Source: Octopus vulgaris (lineage: Eukaryota). From it: DNA of 64,000 nt. This document shows, piece by piece, positions 1 through 12,623 of this stretch. Below the pieces are notes generated by a model. It saw nothing but the letters and a program-made list of their open reading frames with translations. It did not search any database and had not been told where the DNA came from. Numbering within the stretch: position 1 is the first letter of the stretch; every line of letters begins with the position of its first letter. The stretch covers positions 111,166,001 to 111,230,000 of the forward strand of contig OX597817.1 of the NCBI GenBank assembly GCA_951406725.2. Direction: 5' to 3'. The translations under genes and the position numbers were made by a program.

Positions 1-637
1 CTTATCAACCAACCTATTTTTTGGCATGACAGTTTCTTACTAATCTCATTAACATGAATTTTTATTTATTTTTTTTCTTCTCAATTACCTACTCTGACTT
101 CATCTTAAAAGCTATTAGAATTAATTGCAGCACTGAATTTCTGAAGTTATTTTTTCCTTTTTATTGTTTGACAGCTGGTTGTCATTTCCCCATTGCTTTG
201 GTAGCATATAACTATTCTATGAAGATTCTACTTGTTCTAGTTTTATTCTCTTTTAATATAAATCCCATAGTTTACCTAACTTTGGGTGTGGATGAGTGAA
301 GTACCAAGACAGTTGAACAAAAACCATCACAGATGATTCTAACCACCTGCTTTTATCTCTTAGCATCATGCCTTCACAGAAAGGGATTTTGCAAATACCC
401 TGTCAAATAGCAGCTAATTTTGCTCAGTGGTTTATTATCCATATTTTCTTATGCTATCCCATCCAGTATGTTCCAGCTTTTAGATATTTGTGGGGATTAG
501 TGCAATACTTATATTGAGACCTACTAGATATTCATATTTTTTATTCTCTCTCATAATAACCTTTTTACTTCCACATTTTTGATTTTGCTTAAAATTCAAG
601 CCTACATGTATAAATTAGATATATATATATACACAGT

Positions 638-845
638 ATAATAATAATAATGAAATTATTGTATACAGTGCTCAGGTGCACCACAACTTGTCAAAAGTGC
701 ATATAAAGAATATGCAGTAATGTACAAATGTCTGGAAAGGGAACAGTGTATGAGTCAGATACATGCTTGCGTGTGCATGGAGGGGAGAAAATCAGGTGTA
801 GTTTTGGCGAATCTCAGGAAGCATGGAAGTTTTGAAGGATGCAGT
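638..845 (-). mobile_element. CR1-type LINE 3' end fragment with (ATT)n tail
   Basis: Near-identical reverse complement of ~27355-27565, which follows a CR1-like ORF2 C-terminus; ends in an AAT repeat. Confidence 0.8.
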
Positions 846-1620
846 ATATGTTAGAAAACTGAAGATAGAATTTAAAATAGTTTATCTACAGTTTTTAAAC
901 CTTTTTGCTGCTGAATTGTAAATAAACTTAACTACCTCTTATTATTATCTTCCTGCATTGGAAAATAAAAGAGATTATCCTGGCATGTTTTGCAGTTAGC
1001 TGAACACTCATTGGAGAACAAGTACCTACCTCATTCCTCTCTTCACAAAAATATTTAAATCAAATGTAAACTAAAAGTTGCCTAATATTCATACTGTGTG
1101 TTTGTCAGAAGCATAATTGAATAGTAAATATTGATGCACAACACAGTATGTATTTGAAAATTTAAGATAAATTTGTGGTTAGACTACAGCTTTTAAACCT
1201 TTTGCTGTGGGAATTTAAACAGATGTGAGTACATTTATTCTCTTCAAACACAGAAAACTAAGAGGTTGTCTTGACATCATTCTGTATGATCTTTATCAGC
1301 CACTCACCAAACTATCTATTCAAAGTTATATAGGCTATGGTACAACCACACCTGTTGTTTGCATTTCCTGTCTGGAAATCCCCATCTTGTCCAGAATATT
1401 GATCTGCTGGAAGCTGTCCAGAGATGTGCAACCAGGCAAAAATCCTCAGTCAGTCACTTACCATAACTTGAACATATTGGTTTTCTGGGCATTGACACAA
1501 AAATTCTGACATCTAGCACTTGACTTGGTAAGCACCAACTTTCCATCAGTAACTTTGGCCACTTTATTGAATTCAGTATCTTTATCAGCCATGGACATGC
1601 TTATAAGATTTAAAAAAAAA

Positions 1621-1950
1621 AAAAAAGCACAGCACCCATGACTTTCTGCAACATCTTTTTATGCTCATAATTGTTGAAGCATGGAATAAACTGCCCGCAT
1701 TCATTTTTAACTGACAGGACACTGGTTCCAGAAATTCACCAACACTGCCACTGACGTACCTATATACCCTTATTCTTTATAATTTTTAATATTCACTTTT
1801 TCTCTGTTTTTGCTTTATTCGGTGTACTATACCCTATACTTCTAACTTTTGTTGCTGTCATTCTTTACTTATATATCTGCACTCGGCTCTTTTAACTTTT
1901 TCTGACAAGTAGAAGTGCACTGAGCACTGTATACAAGAAGCTCATTATAT
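1621..1950 (+). mobile_element. Diverged CR1-type LINE 3' end (related subfamily)
   Basis: catgactttctgcaacatctttttatgctc...gaagcatggaataaactgcc and gtgcactgagcactgtatacaa align with the copy at 27188-27576. Confidence 0.65.
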
Positions 1951-2739
1951 TATCTGGGCATGTGTGTGTGTGCATACACATGCACATACACACACATGCA
2001 GACATGTATACACACACACATACCTCTATTTTGTAGAAAGTCTCTCCTGCAAAACTACTTTGAAAGTGTGTCTGCAATTTAAAAATTGGCAGAGTATGAA
2101 ATATCTTTGTCAATATTTACAGGTGGCTTTAAATAAATAAAAAGAATAAAACAAATGAAAAAAATAAGAGCAATATCTTGATAGACCTGATCATACGGCT
2201 ACCCAGTAATTCTTTTATATAAGATATGATAGGCGTTACACTATTTTGGTCTTTGAGAAAAAGCACTCTTGTATCAAAGTTAAAACCATTAAATCTGGAA
2301 TTACTCTTTATACCTATGGGTGGAGTAAGTGTTTACTTTTCCAAATAATGACAACAAAGGCACTATTTGTACTAATGGACTGGAGTGTGGTTTCGCTGGA
2401 TAAATGCCTTTTGTTGATATTGTATTTACTAAGTGGTGGCTACTGTCTGTCGGAAAGAAATATTATTTGATTTTAAGTTATAGAATGTTCTGGGTGTTAT
2501 TGTTAGTGAAAGAACAAGTTTTTACTTTAAAAAATAAGATAGATACATTCATCACTGGAAAATTCAGTGGTTTGTATTTTAAGATAATTTTTTACCCTTG
2601 ATTGTCTAAATGAAAGAAATACATTGAAATAGTTAAATTTACATGAAATTCAATAGGATTGGTTTCTCACTGTTGTTTCAATGTCAACAAATTTTTTGGG
2701 GGGGATTTTTATTATTATTATTATTATTATTATTAACAA

Positions 2740-2935
2740 CAGCAACAACATACCAAGCAAAATGCTTAGTGGTATTTCATCCATCTTTATGCTCTGGGTT
2801 CAAATTCCACCAAGGTTGGCTTTGCCTTTCATCCTTTTTGAAATCAGTTTGCACACTGGGGGTGATAAAATCAACTAGCTCCCCCACCCCAAAAGGTTTC
2901 AGGCTTTGAACTTATAGTAAAAGGGATTATTATTA
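2740..2935 (+). mobile_element. Nin/Deu-domain-like SINE, diverged copy
   Basis: gggttcaaattccacc B-box-like motif followed by tttgcctttcatcc; same family as 25362-25595. Confidence 0.7.
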
Positions 2936-3991
2936 TGAGGCCGTGGATTTCTATGGTAGATGTCTGTCTGATAGAGGCAATCCAGTAAATTCCTGATATT
3001 TATTTTAACTTCAACTTCTCTAGATAGTTGAACAGTCAAGTTAACCCCATTATATTAGAATTCAGATGTAAAAGACAAACCAAAACAGTGTGGACCATTC
3101 AATTCAAAGCTCTAACATTTCTACCACTGCACCACATGAAATCCTGGCAGCAACAGCAGTAGTAACAGTAAAGTTTCCTGATATTGATTACTACAAAAAT
3201 AAATCTAAACAAATATGAAAAAAATCCAAATATCCAAAAGAATTATTTTATATTAATATATTACATAAACCATGGTAGTCTTAAAAATAGTCTACAATAA
3301 AAATCTAAAAGTAAAAAATATACAGAATATAATTAAAATTATACAACCTTTAAATATATAAATAAACTTACTCTCTCTCTCTCTAGTGAGAGAGGGAAGG
3401 AGTTGTCCTACATGGTGGTCTGTTGATATGAACAGTATGTTAAATAAAAATAAGCTTTTCATGGCTCAGTGACTATGTTGCTGGACTACTGGTGTATAAA
3501 ATCGTAATCTCAGGCACCATCCTTGTGGTGTATTCATTGTTAAAATCATATTACTTACATCAAATTAGTCCTACTCTTATTTCATACCTGAAAGGCACTC
3601 AGCCTGTAAAATAAGTGCTGAAGCATTTTCTTTACACTAAGATGAAAAAAAAAGAAGCAAAGGAAAGTTTAAGAGGTCATGGGCCAATAGGTTTTGGGGA
3701 TCTGATGATATACCATAAAGCTAAACCCTTTATGGGCAGGAAACCTAAGGTGATCCCGTAAACTGGCCTTCCCTATTTTTAATTAGTATATATATATATA
3801 TATATATATAAAGGTTAAACAAGAGTACTCACATGCTAGAAAACAACTTCTTCCCAAAAATAGGTAACATCCTGATAAAAGATTTCATTACATTTTTTTT
3901 TTAATTAAAAAAAATTACCTTTACACTTCAAAACTGTATTAAGTAATCCTCATAGACTTTCAAATATATATATATATGCATACATGCATAC

Positions 3992-4040
<49 letters not shown>

Positions 4041-4057
4041 AAGTATATGTGTATGTT

Positions 4058-4225
4058 CTTTTACTTGTTTCAGTCTTCAGACCGTGACCATGTTGGGGCA
4101 CTGCTTTGAAAGGTTTAGTTGATCATCTCAACCCAGTATTTATTTTTGAGTCTTGTACATATTCTGTCAGTCTCTTTTTACTGAACCATTGAGTTATGTG
4201 GTCATAAACAAACCAACACTGGCTA
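4058..4225 (-). mobile_element. tRNA-derived CORE-like SINE, 3' fragment
   Basis: ttttacttgtttcagtc...ccatgttggggcac matches the 3' end of the copy at 17801-18196. Confidence 0.7.
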
Positions 4226-4263
4226 GTAACACAGTCATTAATGCTTATAATCACGCACACACT

Positions 4264-4655
4264 AGTAAATGTAGGGAAAAGCAAGTTAGATAGATCAATA
4301 TATAAAGTATATCAAATAAATGAAATACAAAAACTGTATATATGTATACATATAAAAAGGTCCAACTTACACAGAATACAAATGATATAGAGAATTAAAG
4401 GACTTGTAATACTATTCTTCATTAATATACTTTATATATTGATCTGTCTAACTTGCTTTCTCAGCATTTACTTCTATACCAACTCAAGTTTAAATTTCTT
4501 GAGCGCTACTAAGTGTATTCTATACAGAGAATATCTGGATCTCATCTATGAACTACATTCTTTCTTTCCTTCCTGAGCGTCCAATAACACTATACTTGTT
4601 CCACGTCCTCGCATTGTTGTGTTTTCTCTTTGTGTTTTCCTGTTTGGATTAACTA
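4264..4655. repeat. Inverted repeat (~48 bp arms) plus adjacent interspersed repeat, possibly Penelope-like
   Basis: agtaaatgtagggaaaagcaagttagatagatcaatatataaagtatat (4264-4311) pairs with atatactttatatattgatctgtctaacttgctttctcagcatttact (~4424-4472). The family assignment is inference. Confidence 0.5.
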
Positions 4656-5239
4656 TATATATATATATATACATATGTGCATATAATGAACTTCCACACA
4701 GTTCCCATACTTCAGTTTTACATGTGGACATAGTATAAACCTGGGTTATAATATAAGACACTTTATTGAAGTCCTGTGCGATTGAACCCAAAACCACATG
4801 GCCACAATGCAAATTTATTAACCACACAACCATACCTGTGCCTCTGTATGTCTGTGTGTGATGGACTCTCATTGAGGTTTCAGTGTTCAGTTCATCAATC
4901 AACCAAACAGTCTGTTCATTGATTTAGCATACAGAGGGGTTGATATTCCATAAATATGTATACCTACATGTATGGTTCAAAAATATACGAAAGAAAAATT
5001 ACAATTCTCAAATGGTGTATGTGTCGAATGGTGTGATAAGGGTGGACTTTCAGATTGCATGTACAGTCTAATCAAAAGGCTTCTACACAGTCTTCATTTA
5101 CCCAAATACACTCAGAAGACTTTGTCTCCTGAAAAAGATTTGAAAGTATTAGCTCAACTTGGAAGATAGATATTCTTGTTATTTTTTACCCCAAGAAAGT
5201 GTCTGTGTGTGTGCATTGTTCAATTCATTGTAGACACCT

Positions 5240-5445
5240 CATTTGGCCCTCGTGCTGGTGGCACGTAAAAGCACCCACTACACTCTTGGAGTGGTTGGTG
5301 TTAGGAAGGGTATCCAGCTGTAGAAACTCTGCCAGATCAGATTGGAGCCTGGTGCAACCATCTGGTTCGCCAGTCCTCAGTCAAATCGTCCAAACCATGC
5401 TAGCACAGAAAGTGGCCGTTAAACGAAGATGATGATGATGATTAT
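5240..5445 (+). mobile_element. RTE-type LINE 3' UTR / RTE-tailed repeat with (GAT)n tail
   Basis: ttaggaagggtatccagctgtagaaac...gttaaacgaagatgatgatg; same 3' end as the RTE fragment at 24640-25172. Confidence 0.75.
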
Positions 5446-6623
5446 GATATATATAATTCTTTAACTTTGACCCTAGGCATCATCAAAAAGCTTTTCCTAA
5501 TAGTATAAGCAACAAATGAAAAAAATATATATTTCACAGAAAATAATACAATTTTAATAATTACATATGTTTATATTAACCCAAATACATCTTGAAATTC
5601 TCTTATACTGGCACAAACAAACCCACAAATTTGTGAATGGGGAGGTGTATGCATTTAAATTCATTGTAGTACATACATATTGGTCTTTTTTTTTTTTTCA
5701 TAGCCAGAAAGAGTAAAAATAAAAGCTAAACCAGGTTGGATTTAAACTCACAAACCATATATTAAATACTAAAAAGCATCTAGAAATTAAATTCTGTATT
5801 GCATTTAGTCTGATACACAAATGTTTTTACCATTCTACTGCTTTAATGGTCCTGTAATACCTATAACAAGCAAATGTACTGAGAAGAGGGGTTGGGGAGG
5901 TAGACTCATTAAAATATATTTCAGAACATAAAGAACAAAAGGAAAGACATTATTTCAGTTTGTTCTCCTGAAATGAGACTTAGAAACAACAGGTTTAAGG
6001 CAATGACCCTCTAGCAATAAGAGTATCTATTTAAAGCAAACCGGAAACATCAATTTTCTTCCCAGAAATATCATTGATGCGATTCACTGGACATGGTCTT
6101 TTTTTTCTTTCTGACATGTTTGCCTACAACAAAAGGGGGCTTGACCTGACCTTGTAAAAAGACAAGTATCTCCTGTATAAAGATTTGAAAGTATTAGCTC
6201 AGCTTATAAGATAATGATATTCCTGTTACTTCCTCCAATGAAATGAATAAAAGTTCCCATTGTTTAGAAGTATCACTGTCTAGCTGCCCCATTAATGGGG
6301 TGTCACACTCTGTCATTATTTTATTTGTTGTAAGTTTTTTTTTACTAAAACCTTCCTTAAGTCCAGACAATTGTCCCCTCATTGTTGTCAGCTTAGCTTT
6401 AACAAGTTATTTATAACAGACCAGTGATAAAGAAGAAAAAGAAATCACAAGACAGTATTATCACTTTAGCATTACAGTCTGTCTGTCCATTCAGTTTGTC
6501 TGCCTCCTTATGAATGAATAGAGATTTCAATATAGCAAATCTTGTGAGACTACTGCAAATAGAGTAGAAAATAACAGGTTTAATTCAAGCTAATTGTTGC
6601 CATTAATTTTAGGGTAAATCTTT

Positions 6624-6625
<2 letters not shown>

Positions 6626-6708
<83 letters not shown>
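6626..6708. repeat. (CT)n microsatellite
   Basis: Directly visible. Confidence 0.98.
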
Positions 6709-7244
6709 ACAGATAGATTCATTTGAATTTTAAGGATGGGCATATATTATGATTATCAAAGTTTTCAAATAGGCATATATACACACACACATCATCATCA
6801 TCATCATGTCCACCCTGTAGGCTTTTCATATTGTAATTCTGTAGACTCTAGATTTTGTTATATCCCTGTAACATGAGTGGTTTGACCAAAGTGAGTAATA
6901 GAACAAGTACTAGACTTTAAAAATTAGTACTGAGATCGATTTGTTTGAGGCAGTACCCCACTATGGCTGCAGTCCAATGACTGATACAAGTTTGAGACTT
7001 AACTGTCTTGCCCACAGACACATTATACTACTTCAATATAACAAATGCTTTTAATTTCTAAAAAATATACATATATATTGAAAACTCAGTTGCTGTTGTT
7101 TAACCCTCTGTCAGCTCTGAATGACCAGATCTATGATGAAAAGCTTTCCAACCATGACCATCTTGATTTATATCAGGGATTATGTGACCTAATTTGTCAT
7201 TTCCTTTTCTTTAAGATTATGATAGGATGTAAATTTTAGGGAAA

Positions 7245-7590
7245 TTTAAGAAGCTGACAGAAATGGTAGGATGCCAAACAAAATGTTTAGTGATGATATT
7301 TCATCGTCCTTATGCTCAAAGTTCAAATTCCACTAAGGTCAACTTTGCCTTTCATATTTTGGGGGTAAATAAAATAAGCACCACTTGAACACTGGAGTCT
7401 ATGTAATCGATTTATCTCCTTCTGGGTATGAGTATAAAAAAACTGCATCCCTCTCCCAAGCCATGTCAAGCCAGCATGGCAGTGTAGGCTCATCAAACCA
7501 GCACGATTTCTTGCCAATTCTTTGGTCGAGAAAACATACTGAGGCCTTCACCCTGCAGTGAACTGAACAAAGGCAATCCAATCTAATCCA
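7245..7590 (+). mobile_element. Nin-like SINE followed by a GC-richer tail ending (CAATC)n
   Basis: gttcaaattccactaaggtcaactttgcctttcat core, then a distinct 3' segment ending ggcaatccaatctaatcc. Confidence 0.55.
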
Positions 7591-8717
7591 GCTACTCTTC
7601 TAGAAGATTGAGCAACCATATAAATGCTTTCTAGTTGTCTCAATAGATTTTTTATGCTGAAAGCTTGCTACCATGTTTTGTATGTTGACAATCACTCTGT
7701 CAGTGACTGATTTTGTATAAGATCTTTTGCTCTGTAATTGCTAGGTTGATAAACACACAAGTGTAAACAAACACGCACACACATACACACACAATTAAGT
7801 TATAGACAACCTTTAGGGCATTTATAACCTAATTTTGAGTTATTAACTTTATATTTGGCATAACTGTACTCTTTGATCTTCAATCAGTCCCCAAGGATTG
7901 TCGCTTTACTCTATTTTAAAGCAGTGTTAAAAAAATTCTGCCTGAGAATAAATATACAGCAGATGACTGTTTTATCATAGAAAAATAACAATAACAAAAA
8001 AAAAAAAAAAATAGTTTGAAGACTTCAGGAGGAAAAGATCTAAGAATTTATTTATTTTGTATTTTTATATAAATGTTATTTTTTTTATACAGTACTACTT
8101 TAATATTCAATAACAATTTATAGCCATCAACAATTCTCTCATATTTCAGAATGATTGTCCACCAGATTAAATTTATACAGATCTACATGTGATAATGTAG
8201 GCCAATACTGGATTCACAAGTCTAGTTATAGATTTCATATTATATTTTTCTGAGAGAAGAGATATTATGTTGGTTGCTTCATGCTGCATTCTAGAGATAT
8301 GGCTGCATTCTAGAGATATGGCTGCATGTTGTACATATTTCTTGCAAATTGTGCAACCATATAAAAGTTTCTTCCTTGGTAGGATTTCTCAGTCTGGTTG
8401 TGAAAACTCTCTCAAATCACAAACTACTATCTCAAAATGAGTTCACATAATAATGTGGCCCTATATACACAGCCCCCCCCCCCAAAAAAAAATAAGGAAT
8501 ACCTATGATCATAGGTCTACTGGATCCGGACTAACCTTCAGTTAAATAACAAAATAAACATGGTGATTGTTGTTATTTAACCCCTCTGTCCTGATTTAAC
8601 AGACCAATGATTAAAAAGGCATTCCAATTGTGACCAATCTGTCCATTTTTTCAAAAACTGTATGTATGAGTGTGTACACACACACACGCACATATGTATG
8701 TACATATGTATAAAATA

Positions 8718-9173
8718 AAATTTTCAGGAGCCAATAGAATTGAGGTATTTAAATAACAAAGGCACCAAAATAGAGTCGGGGATAGCATACCTATGCACTA
8801 ACAGTGTGTACAGACATTCACAAGTATAGACCAAATACACAATGTATATGTAACAGTCACACAGGAGTATACTCTGGCAGGCAATCCATGGTCCACTATA
8901 GACTCAAGATCCAATGCAGGGAAGGTTCTGAGTGTGGTGTAGTATAGATAATAACACAGATGCACTGAGGTTCACTACAGCTGTTTTCAGCCTAATTTTT
9001 TCCATCATTTATGAGATTTAAAATACCATAAGTGTTGGGAAAGAAGGTCGTTTCCCAAGGTAGGCATAATATCATCAAATTTTCAGGATCCAATAGAATC
9101 AAGGTATTTTGATAACAAAGGCACCAAGGTAGAGTCAGGGATAGCATACCTGTGCATAACAGTGTGTGCAGAC

Positions 9174-9176
<3 letters not shown>
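8718..9176 (-). mobile_element. Penelope-like relic: ~100 bp direct repeats bracketing a degenerate hammerhead-like motif
   Basis: 8718-8818 and 9077-9176 are direct repeats; between them the minus strand reads tTGATGA tattatgcct...aggctGAAAAC AGCT GTA. Flanked by TA/CA microsatellites. Confidence 0.55.
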
Positions 9177-9204
<28 letters not shown>

Positions 9205-9208
<4 letters not shown>

Positions 9209-9570
9209 TTGTTGTTGGCATCCTTTTATCTCGGGAGATAATGGAGTTGCGCATTAGCACTGAAATGTCCTCTCCAGTTTTGTACAGACTTGGGCTAGAT
9301 GTAAGAAAATCCTGGGTAGCCCAATCATCAGGATTCCTCTCTTGACCTTGCTGACATAGTCCAAAGGAGTGCAGAGCATTACATTTGCCACCAGCTTGAT
9401 TGCAGGAGCTGCCAGAAGAATGTCGAGTCAAACACTAAGCTGCCTATGGCGTTCCATGCTGGATTTCTTTGAAGGTTGTCTCCTTTCCGTAACCCTGGGT
9501 AGGGGCCCATGCCAGGTACTGTCAGCCAGAGCCAGCTGAGCCCGGGACTCGTGTCAAGCAGGATCATTAC
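9205..9570 (-). mobile_element. Short non-autonomous retroelement, RTE-like, (CAA)n tail
   Basis: GC-richer block adjoining (TA)n; the minus strand ends tctcccgagataaaaggatgccaacaacaac, resembling RTE 3' ends; no RT ORF. Confidence 0.45.
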
Positions 9571-10031
9571 TCCCTGAAGTAGTGAAGAAACTCGCTACTC
9601 ACTACCTACTATATATACTGCTAGCTAGGAAATGTATGTAGCCTGGATTTTACTTACTCCATTCCCTGAATTTGGATTTTTATTTGCTTACATAGCAGCT
9701 CCAGTTGCTAACTGTGAACTATAAAATAGCTTTTTTCAGCTCATTGCACTTCGATATCGGAAAACTTTATAACCTCCTACATCAATAAATCACTACTGTT
9801 CCAGAAAGTTGTTTGTTACTCCTTCTACAGACTGCTTGAAGCTTACTAACTTCCTACACCTGAATCCTTGGATCTTACCTTTACACACACACACATAAGA
9901 GATAATGGTGTCATTGAGACCCAAAGGTGTCAGGTAATGCTGAATAAGTGCTATAGACAAACCATAGTTAAGTTCCAGATTCAGTAATATTATGAATAAA
10001 GAGTTTAATGTTGGTTCTATGTCAGCGTGTG

Positions 10032-10272
10032 TATATAAGAATTTTTTGCGTTATAAGATAAAAAACCAAGGCTGTGTAAATATTAGAGCATTTATAGATA
10101 GAAGGTCTTACAGCTGTTTCTAGGATATTAATTAATAATACCCACCATCTCTGATGAAGGGATATTATTAATTAATATCTTAGGAACAGCTGTAAGACCT
10201 TCTATCTATAAATGGTCTAATATCTATACAGCCTTGGTTTTTTTATCTTATTACGCAAAAAATTCTTATATA
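10032..10272. mobile_element. Long inverted repeat (~110 bp arms), Penelope-like inverted terminus with hammerhead ribozyme core
   Basis: 10032-10143 is the reverse complement of ~10159-10272 with few mismatches; the centre carries CTGATGA (10151-10157), a hairpin, then G(G/A)AAC AGCT GTA. Confidence 0.75.
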
Positions 10273-11200
10273 TATATATGACTACATTATTCTGTGTGTT
10301 TACCTTTGTTAAACATATTAGGCTATAATTTTAGGGAAATTCTATTTTAGTAGGTCAAGGAAACGTATAAAGGTCCTGTCCTTAGTTTGAACAACTTGCA
10401 AAGTTCCAAAGATACAGTGAAGCAACTCTCAACTTCTTCATTTCTTTTTACTAGTGAAGTAGTAGAGGAAGCCTTTTCTGGTTTAATTACACATATATTT
10501 TCAAAGATGTTTGTGTAGATATTAACTAAAAATAGTCTCTGAAGAGAACTTTTCCCAAGTCAACGTTGCTTTTTGTTTAGTAATGTTTTGTTACCATAAT
10601 GATTTATTTAGTATTCATTGATAGTTATATGTCATTCCAATCATTAATTCACTGTTTTCATTTGTTGCATGGGAATTCACACACCTCTACTTATATTTGA
10701 TAGCTTCTATTATTTCACACCTGATCACCTGTGTTAAACTGTTTCGTCGTTGTTATAGTTTCTTGCCTCTTTTTGTGAACTCAACAGTTAGATTAACTCG
10801 AATTCATTTATGATTGGTTGTACCTATAGCAGACAAAAAGCCACTTCATTGAAAGATTTAACAAATTAGTTTATTAGATATGGTCTATCTTTCAAATACC
10901 TATTGTGTTTATTCATGTAAAATGCTAGAAATTAAATTATAAATAACATCAAAGTCAAAATTAAGGGTTAGCATTATACTCAAATGTTAAAAGAAAAACG
11001 AAAAGAGTCTATATTGACGATCTGGGAAGGATGAAAGGTATTGTCAACTTTTGCAGGAGTTGAACTCAAATGTCGATAACTGGATAATGTTTATTTATCA
11101 GCACCCTTTTAAAGTCAATGTGTTGACATCAATAAAGCTTCATTTCTGTTTGAAATATATTTTGCATATATCATTCTTCTTGAAATCAGTAGTTTCCTCG

Positions 11201-11552
11201 GCATGATAGTGTGTTAAGAAGTCAGCTTCCGAACCACATGGTTCTGGGTTCAGACTCACTATGTGGTACCTTGGGCAAATATTTTGTTATAGGTTGACCA
11301 AAGCTTTGTGAGTGAACGTGGTAGATGGAAACTGTAAGCTTGTGTGTGTGTGTGTATCTGTGTATGTCTTTGTGTGTGTATCTGTGTATGTATTTGTGTG
11401 TGTATCTGTGTATGTCTTTGTGTTTGTTCCTCACCATTGCTTGACAACCAGTTTTGGTTTGTTTATGTCCTTGTTACTTAATGATTTGGCAAAAGTGTCG
11501 AATAGAGCAAGTACCAGACTTTAAAAAATAATTACTGGGATCAATTTGTTTA
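11201..11552 (+). mobile_element. tRNA-derived CORE-like SINE
   Basis: gtgtgttaagaag...ggttctgggttcagactc head, accttgggcaa CORE-like motif, internal TG microsatellite. Confidence 0.8.
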
Positions 11553-12354
11553 ACTAGCACACTGACACACGCACACACGTATGGCTGTTTGCTGTCAAAT
11601 TTGAGATTACAGATTACATACTCTATCTAGAATTTTTTGCTGTCATAGATAGTTTTACCTTCTGTAGAAATTAAACTCAGCACTTCAAGCTTACAAAATA
11701 CTGCTGCTACATACAGATGTGAATTATATCACCTGTGTAATTGCTAACATCCAAATGGACAGAACCATTGCTTGTCTTGATCACAAACATAACACAGCAC
11801 CAGTGACACAATATGTAATTTCAATTTCTTTGGTGTATGTCTACTATCCTATCGATTCAGTTGTTATTACATTTCCTTCAATAAACCACAACTGAAGCTA
11901 AATTATTGATTGTTGTTTAACTCTGTCAATCAATGGAGATCACTGAAAATGCCACTAAAAATGTTGCATTTACTGTTGATGAAGCCATTGTTCTTATTGT
12001 TGATGTGCTTATTTCCAAGATAACTGTAGTTGGATAGATTTGTTACTAAGAGTATACAGGACCATCCACCTTTTATTTCATATGATCCAATATTTTCTCT
12101 TTTTTTTTTTTTGTTAAACTGATAGAGTTTGATTTGAAAGTTATATTACTGCTTTTTTTAGTAGGTCATGTGAATGTGTTGAGGCTTCTTCACTAGCTTG
12201 AATGATCAAAAGTCCAAAGGTCCAAAGCTACTAGTACTGTTAAGCCCATTCTTTCTTCTCTTATTACAGTGTGCGATTCTATCTAAAGCCTTTGTTTTAG
12301 ACAGAAGTCTTTGAGTGAAATAAAAAGGTTCAACCTTATTACTCTTAGATGAAG

Positions 12355-12615
12355 GTCTGATACTTAATCTATTGGTTTCTTTTGCTAAACTGGTATGTTA
12401 TGGGAACATAACCAGATGAACATCCATTGAGAATTAGTGGCAGAGGACAACACAAATATGCATGTGTGTCTGTGTGTGTATCTGTCCTCCAGATTCACTC
12501 ACAAAGCATTGGTTGACCTGGGGTTATAGTAGAAGACACTTGCGCAGAGTGTTATACAGTTGAATTGAACTTGAAACCACTTGGTTGCAAAGAGAGTTTC
12601 TTAACTACACAGCCT
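12355..12615 (-). mobile_element. tRNA-derived CORE-like SINE, diverged
   Basis: ttcactcacaaagcattggttgacctggggttatagtagaagacacttg matches the family. Confidence 0.7.
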
Positions 12616-12623
12616 TGACTTTT

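Noticed and set aside
8282-8327. 19-bp tandem duplication gctgcattctagagatatg
   Set aside because: Ordinary slippage duplication; a similar one lies at ~30820-30895.
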